From a virus (taxonomy: Duplodnaviria > Caudoviricetes): 64,000 nucleotides of DNA. Made by a program: the position numbers and the translations under genes. This document shows, piece by piece, positions 54,942-64,000 of this stretch. The DNA is taken from the IMG/VR virus record IMGVR_UViG_3300028624_000003, positions 128,001 through 192,000 of that record; one strand, written 5' to 3'. The notes under the pieces are model-generated. The model saw only the letters and a list, made by a program, of their open reading frames with translations, was not told the origin of the DNA and did not search any database. Position 1 is the stretch's first letter. Each line of letters begins with the position of its first letter.

Positions 54942-57900
54942 ATGTTCGAAGATATCATCAGTGCAGGAGAAGAGCGGTTGATGTTCAATGCGTTCTTCCG
55001 TAAGCATTTCGCATTTCGTCAGGGTGATTTGGCTCCTGTATTCAAGCCACTTCCCTCGGATATCGTCCTTCCTGCTGGAAGCCTGATTCACGTCGTGGAC
55101 AACATGTACAGCAGAGACAACAGCCTTCCGTTGTCGGATGCACCCAATATGAGAATTCCTCTCATAGCCAACGATACCTACAGAAAGTTTGTACATCACC
55201 GTATTGCAATCGACACTGATGGACCCGTCAAGATAGACGAGAAGTATGTGTTCCGCACACAGAATCTCGCACAAAACCTGAAGCAATTCCGAAGCTGGAC
55301 GACCAAGCAAAAGAATTTGCGTGTAGTAGAGAATCTGAAAGATCTTCCTGCTACAAAAACTACGTTAGCGATCATAAACCACAACCCACTGTTTCGTACA
55401 GTAGTTCGTGGTATGCTTCCTAACTATCGTCAGTTCAAGATCATCTTTTCTTCGATTCTGAACACTGCGGCAAAATGCCCTAGCGACCGTACCCAGTACA
55501 TCGTCATTCCTTTATCGAAGCAGATGTACAACCGCAGTGACTTCTTCCTTGCAAAGAAACAAGAAACTCCATCCGCAATCAAGTCGAAGAATAGCTACCA
55601 CTATTTCTTCATGATGCACTGGTTGAACTTCCTCGACGTCGCAACAGACCTTTCACTCTTTGAGAGTTATCCTGAAGATCGTTGGGGAAACACGGTGATT
55701 GTGTTCACCTACGGTGTCGATGAGATGAAGTATGCCATGTTCTGGACTCTTCATGACGCAATTGCACTCAATCAACAGAACCGTGGATACAACAAGATCG
55801 TCAATCAGCTCAATGCGTTCGTACTGACAAACATGGGCGTTGAGCTTGAGAACACTGACAACGAACTTCAAGTCGAAGGCAAACTTGCAGAAGTTGTCGA
55901 CAAGGGTCAAGTAGTTAGCGATACTCCAGATACTGAAGTTGTCGCTATGGGACCGAAAGACGATCAAGAAACAGAACTGAGTGACGATCCTCAAGATATC
56001 GAAGAAGATGTTGCACTCAGTGAAAAGATCAAAGCTATGTTCAGTGATCTCACGAATGTGAAAGCACTGGACCCAGAAATAGCTCCGATCAAAATGGGCG
56101 GACTTGCGTACGCTGAGGGAGAAGAAGATACTCCTATTCGGTATACGAAACCTACGAAAACCGAGGGTAAGAGCAACCCTACAGAGACGGAGAATAATCC
56201 CGATTTCGCACAAGAAAAACCCGAACAAATGAGGGTTATATCTGACGAAATCGAAGAAGACGCGGAAACTCAGGAAGTAGGAGTACTATCGAAGATAACT
56301 CCTGTAACAACTCCTGAACAGATATCGGAAATGGGTAAAGCCCATCTTCAAGAGATCGACGAAAAGGTGGAAGAGCTTCTTCGTAAAGATCCTAATCTCA
56401 CACCGAAAGCAAAAGAACGTCTGCTCAGGATCTCTGCGAATTCCAAACAGGTTAAACTCAATGGGAAAACTATTGAGGAACACCTCACAGAATCAGTGGA
56501 TCCTACTCTCACGAGTCACACGCTCGATCACTTGGCTGATCAATTGGCAGATCCTTCGATGGCTAATGCCAGTATTCAGTCATTCGACCAGCTTTACATG
56601 GAGAAATTCTACCATCGTGATTTGGCTGCAGTTGCTGTGGGACTGAACAGTCACGGAATGTTTCTCACTGGAATCGAAGAGGTAGTACAGTCCGACGAAC
56701 TGAACCGTCTTGTACACTACAAAATGAAATTTGTAGACAAGAATGGCAAATCGCACAAGTTGCAGTTCAGTCTTCCTCAAGTAGACAAGAACGGCAATTG
56801 TCTGATCAATGGTGTGGAGTGCAAGCTTCGTAAACAGATGACCAACCTCCCGATTTGCAAAGTATCTCCTACCAGAGTATCTCTTGCCTCGTCATTCAAC
56901 AAGACGGTAGTAGAAAGGAATCTGGCAAAAGCTCACAGCTTCCTGCCTTACTTCCAGAAGCTCATGTCCATGGCTGCCAAAAATAAAGAAGGTAGCGAAA
57001 CAGGAGCGGCTCTGACCGAGGTAGATTACGGGAGTGTGAAGATCAATGATCGAATCTCCACGGAGTATGCTGACATTGCTACGCTCTACAAGAGCTTTAC
57101 ACTAGTCTGCAAGAATTCTGATACGTATCGGTTCGTACTGGATGTGAATGCGTACAGAACCGAAGTATACCAATTCTCAGGGCAGAGTAATGTATACTCC
57201 GAGAAGAATATCACGACACTCGCTGAGAAATACGGTACCCCTTTCGGGCTGTGCAAGATCGACGGTGAAAAATACCTACTGTTCATCCGTGCTAACAACA
57301 TCGTGACGATGATTAGCTGCAAAGCGGTGAACGTGAAAGGATTGACCAGCAAAGATATCGTAGCGCACAGAACGACGATTATCGACATGTTCTCCGCAAT
57401 CATTGGGAAGCCATCGACAAGACTGACTGAATGGACAGATATCAAGATTCTCGACAAGAAATTCCCAGTAGGGTTCTTGCTCTGTTTCCAGTTTGGTCTG
57501 AAGCATATACTCGACTATCTTGGCGTGCGGTACAGACGCACCGGAGTCCGCAGTCGACAAAGTCTGCGCGCAAGTGACATTGTCATTCCTTTCAAGGACG
57601 AAGCACTGATCATTCCGAGATACCCTCTCCGGAACTCACTGATCGTCACCGGATTGACGATGTTCAATACGAAGAAGTACATGTTCGAAGACTTCAATGA
57701 GAAAAACGTGTACTACGAACTCTTGACCGATAAGGGCTTCAAGACCAACTATCTCAAGGGCATCGAAGATACTTTCAAGTACTTCGTAGACCACAAAACA
57801 AAAGAGACCTTGATTCAGATGGGTGAACCCGCCACATTCAAGGATCTCCTCATTCGTGCTACCGATATGCTTTGTACTCCGAGACATCTCGAGTCGTCCG

Positions 57901-58373
57901 CTATCGGCAACCACAGACTCAGATCTTACGAACGCTTCAACATGATTGTCTACAACGAAGTCATGCGCGAACACGCTAACTTCTCCCGTCGGCAAGGTGC
58001 TGGAGCTACTTTCAGTATCAACCCGAATGCAGTACTGCAGAGACTCTTACAGGACCAAGCAATGATCGGTATTGAAAATATCAATCCGATCCAGGAAAGC
58101 AAGATCAATTGCAGTTTCACCTATACTGGTGCAGGCGGTCGTACGTCGCAAGCATTCGTGACAGAAGACCGCAGATATCCCAGTGACGGCATGGGTGTCA
58201 TATCGGAAGCCACTCCTGACTCAGGTAGTGTCGCTATCAACGCAGTAGCTCCTCCAGATCCTACGATAGCGAACATCTACGGATTGGTCGATCCTAAGCC
58301 AGTAGGAGAACTGGAGCCTGCTCAGATACTGAGTACTCCTGCACTCTTACTTCCTGGCGTGACACAGGACGAT
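54942..58373 (+). CDS. Virion RNA polymerase beta subunit (phiKZ gp178-like), exon 1
   Basis: LRKQMTNLPICKVSP, YTGAGGR, GVISEATPDSG.VA; ends ...PGVTQDD at the intron boundary. Confidence 0.9.
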
Positions 58374-59735
58374 CGAAGATAGACTTGAACTAGAGTAAAA
58401 ATAACCCTCCATTGTATGGAGGACAAACTCATGTTCATAAACAAAGATTTCCCAGGATTTTTCAATATTCCAGGTTTCTCACAATACGTCATTTCCCCTG
58501 ACGGTAAGGTAATCAATACCACAACAGGAGAAATGTTAAAAGGTAGCACTAATCCCGCAGGGTATCATCACTATCGGTTAAAATCAGACTCAGGAAAGAT
58601 AAAAACTATCGGTCGCCATCGGTTGATGTGTATGACATTCGTACAAAGGGATGAATGGGATTCCCTTGTCGTAAATCATATCAACGGAGTGAAAGGTGAC
58701 GATCGTCTGGTTAATCTGGAATGGGCTACATACACCGAAAATGCTGAGCATGCAGGAAGAATGGGACTGACCTCAAAGTGCTGTCCAGTTGATGTGAAAA
58801 GTTTGGATACGGGAGAAATCCTCAAATTCCCAAGTGCAAAAAAGTGTGCGGAGTATTTTGGTTTGAGTAAGGACGCAGTACTGTACAGGCTAAAGCAGCC
58901 ATCCAGTCGTGTGTATCCTGAAAGAATGCAGTACCGCATAAGCGCAAACGAACCCTGGCCTGACCCGGAAAACATCGAAAGTGCTGTGCTCGAAAATGGT
59001 CGAGCTAGGTCAATTCTACTTAGAGATGTGTGGACAAAAGAAATCCGTTGGTTTCCAAAACTCAGCGGATTGGCGAGATACTTAAACGTCTCTCCCGCCA
59101 CCATTACTAAGTGGATCAATTTACCTAACAATCCAGTACTTCCGGGCGGCATACAGCTGAAACTAGCAGCTGATTGTACTCCTTGGGTAGAGTACGACGA
59201 TCCTTACTTGGAAATGTCCAAATTTTCAGGTACTCGATACGTCGAAGTATTCGATTCGTTCACAGGAACTAACCGAATATACTCTTCACTCAAAGAGTGT
59301 GCACAGGATCGCAATCTCGCGATGTCTGTTGCACATTACAGGGTTAAGACCAATGGGAGATCTTTGTTTTCTGACGGATGTTACTACGGGTATTACCCGC
59401 TAAAACATCCGGGTCTATCAGGTCCTACCAAATAGCAATATTTGGATAGAACTCCCCTTAATTGCTGGAACACCCTTAGAGCCATTCTACCACAACGTAA
59501 GGATGAAATATACCTAAGCGTGATGGTTTGAAAAACGAATGGATTGGGCAATCAGCAGCCAAGCTCCGAATAGGAGAAGGTTCAACGACTAAGGCCTTGT
59601 CAGCCTGTACGGATCAAGTGATCCGGAAAAAGGGGACACCCTACTAGGGTGAAGATATAGTCTCGTCTTTAGTGAAAGCTAAAGCTGCAGGTAATGCTGC
59701 GGGTACTATCTAACGAATAGTATCGAAGATTAACG
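58374..59735 (+). ncRNA. Self-splicing group I intron (IA2-like) with homing endonuclease ORF in L1
   Basis: 5' exon ends in U and the intron ends in G. P AATTGCTGGAA, Q AATCAGCAG, R GTTCAACGACTA, S AAGATATAGTC. Splicing restores QDD|PKRANFVSIQ in frame. Confidence 0.93.
58431..59435 (+). CDS. Intron-encoded HNH homing endonuclease (NUMOD4-HNH-NUMOD1/IENR1 type)
   Basis: IPGFSQYVIS..GKV, HRL, VNHINGVKGDDRLVNLEW, repeated F.S...CA...G.S; GGAGG RBS before ATG 58431. Confidence 0.9.
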   Translation: MFINKDFPGFFNIPGFSQYVISPDGKVINTTTGEMLKGSTNPAGYHHYRLKSDSGKIKTIGRHRLMCMTFVQRDEWDSLVVNHINGVKGDDRLVNLEWATYTENAEHAGRMGLTSKCCPVDVKSLDTGEILKFPSAKKCAEYFGLSKDAVLYRLKQPSSRVYPERMQYRISANEPWPDPENIESAVLENGRARSILLRDVWTKEIRWFPKLSGLARYLNVSPATITKWINLPNNPVLPGGIQLKLAADCTPWVEYDDPYLEMSKFSGTRYVEVFDSFTGTNRIYSSLKECAQDRNLAMSVAHYRVKTNGRSLFSDGCYYGYYPLKHPGLSGPTK

Positions 59736-60887
59736 CCGAAGAGAGCTAACTTTGTATCCATTCAGCTGGCTCACCAGCTTCCGACGAAAGAAGGCGAGTG
59801 TATGCGTACTCGTACAGGATACGAGAGAGTCGTAGCTCAAAGAGCGTCTACTTATTACGCATACTCTGCATCACAAGACGGTAAGGTCATTGAAGTAGAC
59901 GAAGCTCTCGGGCTTTGTAAAGTGAAGTACAAAGACGGTACAGTTCAGGTCATCGAATTCGGTGAGAAGTACGGAGAGTGTGCGGACATGGTCACCACAC
60001 TCAAGTTGCAGCTTACAGTAAAAGTAGGTGATTCATTCAAGAAAGGTGACGTGCTCTCGTATAATCCCGAGTACTTCGAGTTTGACCCTATCGCAAGACA
60101 GGCAGATTGGAAACACGGAGTAATCGCTACTGTGGCGTTGATGGACTGCGGTCCTACTTTCGAAGACAGTAACTCCATCACGAAGGAACTTGGTGAAAAG
60201 CTGGAAATCCAGCCAATCGAGATCCGACAAATCGCCATAACAGCGGACACTGTAATCCATGCGCACAAGAGCGTGGGCGATGAGGTCGATGTCACCGACT
60301 ACCTCATGATCTTCGAAGACTCCGAAGCGGCCGACTTGACCGGTATGTCACAAGACGCGGATGCTTTGGAGTATCTCGCTAAACTGAACAGAAAAACACC
60401 CAAAGCAAAGTGCACTGGAACAATAGCGAAGATCGAAGCATTTTACGCTGCGCCAATAAGCGAAATGCATTCGAGTGTAGCTAAGTTCGTACGAGATGTC
60501 ACCAAGAAAAACATGCAGAAACACAAGTACTCGCAGGGTACTATTTCGGGTATGGATTTCCCTGAATCTAAGCCACTTCCAGTGGGAACAAAATTCAAGG
60601 GAGTGACATTCGAGAAAGACACGGTACTTTTCCGCTTCTTCATCCAAGAAAGAATTGGTTGCGGAGTGGGCGACAAGATCGTGTTTGACTCGTCTCTGAA
60701 ATCTGTCACTGGTAAGATTCACGAAGATATCAATACTGAGAGCGGTCTCAAGATAGATGCCGTATTCAGCGGCTCATCGATATCTAACCGAATCGTGAAC
60801 TCGCCCATCATCATGGGCATGGCAGAACGGATTCTGGAGACTCTGGAACAGCAGGCAATTGACATCTACTTCGACAAGTCCAAATAA
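59736..60887 (+). CDS. Virion RNA polymerase beta subunit, exon 2
   Basis: PKRANF..IQ, RTGYE, TFEDS, GVGDKIVF...LKSV, IDAVF...SI.NRIV. Confidence 0.9.
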   Translation, partial: PKRANFVSIQLAHQLPTKEGECMRTRTGYERVVAQRASTYYAYSASQDGKVIEVDEALGLCKVKYKDGTVQVIEFGEKYGECADMVTTLKLQLTVKVGDSFKKGDVLSYNPEYFEFDPIARQADWKHGVIATVALMDCGPTFEDSNSITKELGEKLEIQPIEIRQIAITADTVIHAHKSVGDEVDVTDYLMIFEDSEAADLTGMSQDADALEYLAKLNRKTPKAKCTGTIAKIEAFYAAPISEMHSSVAKFVRDVTKKNMQKHKYSQGTISGMDFPESKPLPVGTKFKGVTFEKDTVLFRFFIQERIGCGVGDKIVFDSSLKSVTGKIHEDINTESGLKIDAVFSGSSISNRIVNSPIIMGMAERILETLEQQAIDIYFDKSK

Positions 60888-60888
60888 A

Positions 60889-60919
60889 GAGATCGGGGAG
60901 CGCAAAGCTCCCCGATCTC
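60889..60919 (+). terminator. Hairpin/terminator
   Basis: GAGATCGGGGAGC-gcaaa-GCTCCCCGATCTC. Confidence 0.7.
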
Positions 60920-60945
60920 CACGGCATTCGAACGAATCATGAGTA

Positions 60946-60961
60946 TACATTACAACAATGA
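60946..60961 (+). promoter_or_regulatory. Early promoter motif
   Basis: TACATTAC aacaa TGA. Confidence 0.75.
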
Positions 60962-60993
60962 ACCCCACCTTCTAACCACTAGAGGTACTCATT

Positions 60994-61341
60994 ATGTTTG
61001 TTGCCACAGAACAAGAAATGCAGTCACTCTCCATTCGCGTGGCTGGGGTCAACGACCCCGAAGCAAAGATGAAGTTTTATCACGAGATTATAACCGGGGA
61101 TCCGCACAACTTTAACTCTCTGCGAATCCCCTTCAGATCGGTGGTAAAAGGATCTGTGCGCGTATGTACCAGACGAACCTATCCAGTATATGCGCTAGTT
61201 CCGAAGGAGTTGTACGACAAAATACTGTCGATACCTCTGGAATACCGTGCACAGTCACAACCACTCAGGAAGATGGTTTTCGATCTCTACGATCAGGTCT
61301 GCGACTACATGGTCGCACAAAAAGCAAAACACGAAAATTGA
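60994..61341 (+). CDS. Hypothetical protein
   Basis: GAGG RBS, after an early promoter. Confidence 0.7.
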   Translation: MFVATEQEMQSLSIRVAGVNDPEAKMKFYHEIITGDPHNFNSLRIPFRSVVKGSVRVCTRRTYPVYALVPKELYDKILSIPLEYRAQSQPLRKMVFDLYDQVCDYMVAQKAKHEN

Positions 61342-61352
61342 GGTGACCTATC

Positions 61353-62024
61353 ATGAGAAAAGCAGAAGTAGCTGCACTTGAGTCTTTATCCTCAATACTT
61401 ACAATGGACGATCTTGCAAATCCTCGTACAAAGGAGATGTTCTACTGGGTCATCGTAAGCGGACAGCTCCACGAGTTCTGCAAGCTAGAGATTCAGAAAA
61501 GAACCCCCATACCTGGTGGTGGTGCCGTGGTGTGGGATGATGCAACATCACCGTACGTTACAATTCCCAGCTACCTTTATCAGCAAATGGAAAAGGAAGT
61601 GGATCGCGTTAACTGCAAAATCATAAAGTACCAAATCGACGATCTTTACGATCAACTGGTGAAATGCATGACCGCGAAGGATCAATTGCGCAGGCTGATG
61701 GAAGCACTCGAGCCGCCCAAAAAATCCACAAACCGCAAAGCTGCAGTCAAACGAAAAGTCACTCCAGTTCAGATCAAGCTCGTAACTTGTCCGGTGTGCA
61801 AAAATGAAGAATTTCATGTCGTGACAAACGATATGGATGATCGGTGCAATGTGTGCAAGCTGATGCGTACCACGCTCGCAATCGATGAGCGACCTGAGGA
61901 CACAAAAAAGAACTGCATTGTGTACGATCGGAACACGAACTCGTACGTGCAGCTTAGCAAGAGATCCGGGGTGGTACAAACCATTCCTCGTGAAGACGTG
62001 GATAACATGTGCAACATGTGGTGA
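61353..62024 (+). CDS. Hypothetical protein with Zn-ribbon
   Basis: CPVC...CNVC; GAGGTG RBS. Confidence 0.75.
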   Translation: MRKAEVAALESLSSILTMDDLANPRTKEMFYWVIVSGQLHEFCKLEIQKRTPIPGGGAVVWDDATSPYVTIPSYLYQQMEKEVDRVNCKIIKYQIDDLYDQLVKCMTAKDQLRRLMEALEPPKKSTNRKAAVKRKVTPVQIKLVTCPVCKNEEFHVVTNDMDDRCNVCKLMRTTLAIDERPEDTKKNCIVYDRNTNSYVQLSKRSGVVQTIPREDVDNMCNMW

Positions 62025-62025
62025 G

Positions 62026-62066
62026 ATCAGGAGGGGTCCCTAAAGGCCCCTCCTGATTTATTTTTT
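62026..62066. terminator. Terminator between convergent genes
   Basis: ATCAGGAGGGGtCC-ctaaa-GGCCCCTCCTGAT followed by a T tract. Confidence 0.8.
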
Positions 62067-62840
62067 CTATACATTCTTCCGCAGTCGGACGCAGAGATCG
62101 GTGATAAATACCCACATCGCGATACAGAAGTTCTGTGCGTCCCACCCGATATTCGACGCACATATGAATCTTTCCAGATTCAATCTGGCGAGCTTAACTT
62201 CGTCTTCGGTAGGAGTCTTACCTTTGGGGTACAAAGGAATGGTCTTGTGCAGCTGAGAATACGTCGGCTTGTATGTCTTAGCAAGAATTCGTTCAGACTT
62301 GTCGCAGGCGTTCACGAGTGTCATAACGTCCTGCTTTCTCGATATGTTCAGCTTCGGCGCAAGCGCTGCTTTGTCAACTTTGAACTTTTCTTGTAGAGTA
62401 CTGAAGTCAGCATCGCAGTAGTACCGATTACTTGCATCCGGCCATACATTACACCCTACCGATTTGTACATTGCCTGAAGTTTCAGTACGTCAGTCGTGG
62501 TAAGACCCTTACTGATCGGATCGGAGTAAAGCTCGAGATAGTTTCGAACTTGAATTACTTTCTCATGTAGGTTGATCCAGTAGAGAAGAATGTTACCGAA
62601 TACATCAAGAAGTTTGACTATCTCTTCCTTCTTGACATTGTGAAGCGCAACCTTCTTTAGCCCTTCCATAATTTCTGCTTCAGTGCAGTGCTCATTGAAA
62701 AAGTCCATGGACTTCATGATGGTTCGGTGCATGCTACCTTTTTCGTCCAGCCACAATTTGAAGCGATCGAACGACTTGAAACCTTCGATAGCCACTTCAC
62801 GATCGTTGTAATGTTCGAAACTTTTGATTATCGGCTCCAT
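62067..62840 (-). CDS. Probable virion head/inner-body protein
   Basis: N-terminal SFE and AIE motifs resembling phiKZ prohead-protease (S/A/G-X-E) sites. Confidence 0.45.
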   Translation of the reverse strand: MEPIIKSFEHYNDREVAIEGFKSFDRFKLWLDEKGSMHRTIMKSMDFFNEHCTEAEIMEGLKKVALHNVKKEEIVKLLDVFGNILLYWINLHEKVIQVRNYLELYSDPISKGLTTTDVLKLQAMYKSVGCNVWPDASNRYYCDADFSTLQEKFKVDKAALAPKLNISRKQDVMTLVNACDKSERILAKTYKPTYSQLHKTIPLYPKGKTPTEDEVKLARLNLERFICASNIGWDAQNFCIAMWVFITDLCVRLRKNV

Positions 62841-62967
62841 GGTTGACCCTCACACGGCGTTATTCGGTTTATTATTTTTAGAGTAAGGTAAACTTTTCTG
62901 AGAACGTACCTTGTACAATCGATGGGTAAAGTAGTATTGCATACAATTAACTGACAGCATCATTTGT

Positions 62968-62999
62968 GATAGAGGGGGATCCGAAGACCCCTCTCTATC
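62968..62999. terminator. Hairpin/terminator
   Basis: GATAGAGGGGG...CCCCTCTCTATC. Confidence 0.6.
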
Positions 63000-63024
63000 T
63001 GAGTACGTCCTGCAACACGAACTA

Positions 63025-63987
63025 TTAGTTTTTCTTTGCGTTGAGTGCTTTGACAATGCGGTAGATCGTAAAAGTATCCTTCAAGACCTCGGAGAGCAGC
63101 AGCTCTCCGCGTATCTTGGAGAGAACACCGTAACGCTTGCGTCGTACCGCACTGGCAGAGATGCGGTCCACACTGTCTTTGGAATTCGCACGAAGAATGG
63201 CATCTTCTATCGTACGGTGAGTGATCTCACTCTGCCCATTGGCAACCGGGAACGGACTCTGCATGGTCTGCTGCACCGCATCGAGAGACTTTGCAAATCG
63301 TAGGATGTCAGCTGCAGTATAGCCTGCATCACCGACTGTCCCAGTGAACCGAGCGTAGTCGGTATCGAATAGCTTCTTTCCATGTACCTTATTGGTAAAC
63401 ATGGCGTCAGCATCGTCGATTTCGAATCCCATAGAATCTGCCAGCTTCAGATACGTCTCTATGGTAGAACCAAAAGACTCAGTAGAAACTACAGGTTCCA
63501 TAAGTGCCGCGATCGAAGTGGTGTAGTCCTGACGAACGCCGTTGTAGAACACGACACGGTTATTCATCGTGTCACGCTTCGGTACGTTTCGGACTACCAC
63601 TGCATCTAGCTGCTGCTTGGAGATGTGCCCCATCTTCGCCACTTCTCGTCCGAGAAGAATACTGACATTTTCGAGACACGCAAGCAAATGCTTGTTCTTT
63701 TCGATGTCAGCCTGTCTCGCATTCAGCATAGTGCGAGTCGTATTCTTATTGTATCTTGCTTCATCTGCACGGAGGGTTTCGAGTGCTACTGTACGAACCC
63801 CTTCACTCGGGTAGTGCATGGATTCACGTGCTGCGAGAGACGCCTTGAGTTCTTCTCCGGTACATTCCCAATCATGATAGCACTTTTCTTCTTCTGGTTC
63901 TGCTGTGACGATATCGTCTGCAGTCACTACTTCTTCCGCCTCTACCAGAGAAGAATCGGAGAGAAGCTGGTTTGGTTCTACGGCCAT
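63025..63987 (-). CDS. Probable virion head protein with acidic propeptide
   Basis: Glu-rich N-terminus with AVE/ARE/ALE/STE motifs; start is close to the window edge. Confidence 0.45.
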   Translation of the reverse strand: MAVEPNQLLSDSSLVEAEEVVTADDIVTAEPEEEKCYHDWECTGEELKASLAARESMHYPSEGVRTVALETLRADEARYNKNTTRTMLNARQADIEKNKHLLACLENVSILLGREVAKMGHISKQQLDAVVVRNVPKRDTMNNRVVFYNGVRQDYTTSIAALMEPVVSTESFGSTIETYLKLADSMGFEIDDADAMFTNKVHGKKLFDTDYARFTGTVGDAGYTAADILRFAKSLDAVQQTMQSPFPVANGQSEITHRTIEDAILRANSKDSVDRISASAVRRKRYGVLSKIRGELLLSEVLKDTFTIYRIVKALNAKKN

Positions 63988-64000
63988 GAAATTGAGTGTC

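Noticed and set aside
54942-60887. Pseudogene, naturally split gene or stop-codon recoding at TAG 58380
   Set aside because: A complete group I core and precise junctions explain the break; TAG, TGA and TAA all end genes normally elsewhere.
1-64000. tRNA, rRNA, CRISPR array, transposase or integrase
   Set aside because: No cloverleaf, regularly spaced repeats or recombinase motifs seen by eye; a tRNAscan/Infernal run would be needed to exclude RNA genes formally.

Overview
This window is a gene-dense segment of a phiKZ-related jumbo phage (Chimalliviridae-like). All assignments come from reading motifs and gene order; no database searches were run. The left end carries a non-virion RNA polymerase block: a gp68-like subunit, a PicA/Imp1-like candidate with an Arg/Asp/Gly-rich tail, split beta and beta' subunits, and an SF2 helicase. 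The right end carries a virion RNA polymerase and tail block: a beta' subunit with ADYDGD, a 2026-aa gp181-like protein with a muramidase domain, a gp182-like protein, and a gp178-like beta subunit. That beta gene is split by a group I intron (58374-59735) carrying an HNH endonuclease. The accessory region between the blocks is organised by about ten phiKZ-type early promoters (TAYATTAC-N5-TGA) and about 30 strong hairpins. It encodes an anaerobic ribonucleotide reductase with two inteins plus its activase, SLOG, MazG, an endolysin, tandem HExxH proteins and tail genes. Three glycine-rich adhesin-like paralogs are dispersed across the window. The most striking observation is a PurZ-type enzyme (GSTGKG, 26533-27765) of the 2-aminoadenine (Z-DNA) pathway in this jumbo-phage context; no datZ or DNA polymerase gene is visible in the window. 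Other highlights are an apparently Pro-initiated mini-intein with a block-F Cys inserted between the NrdD active-site cysteines, a hairpin that hides the intron endonuclease RBS and has a late-promoter TATG in its loop, and a candidate A_AAA_AAG -1 frameshift.
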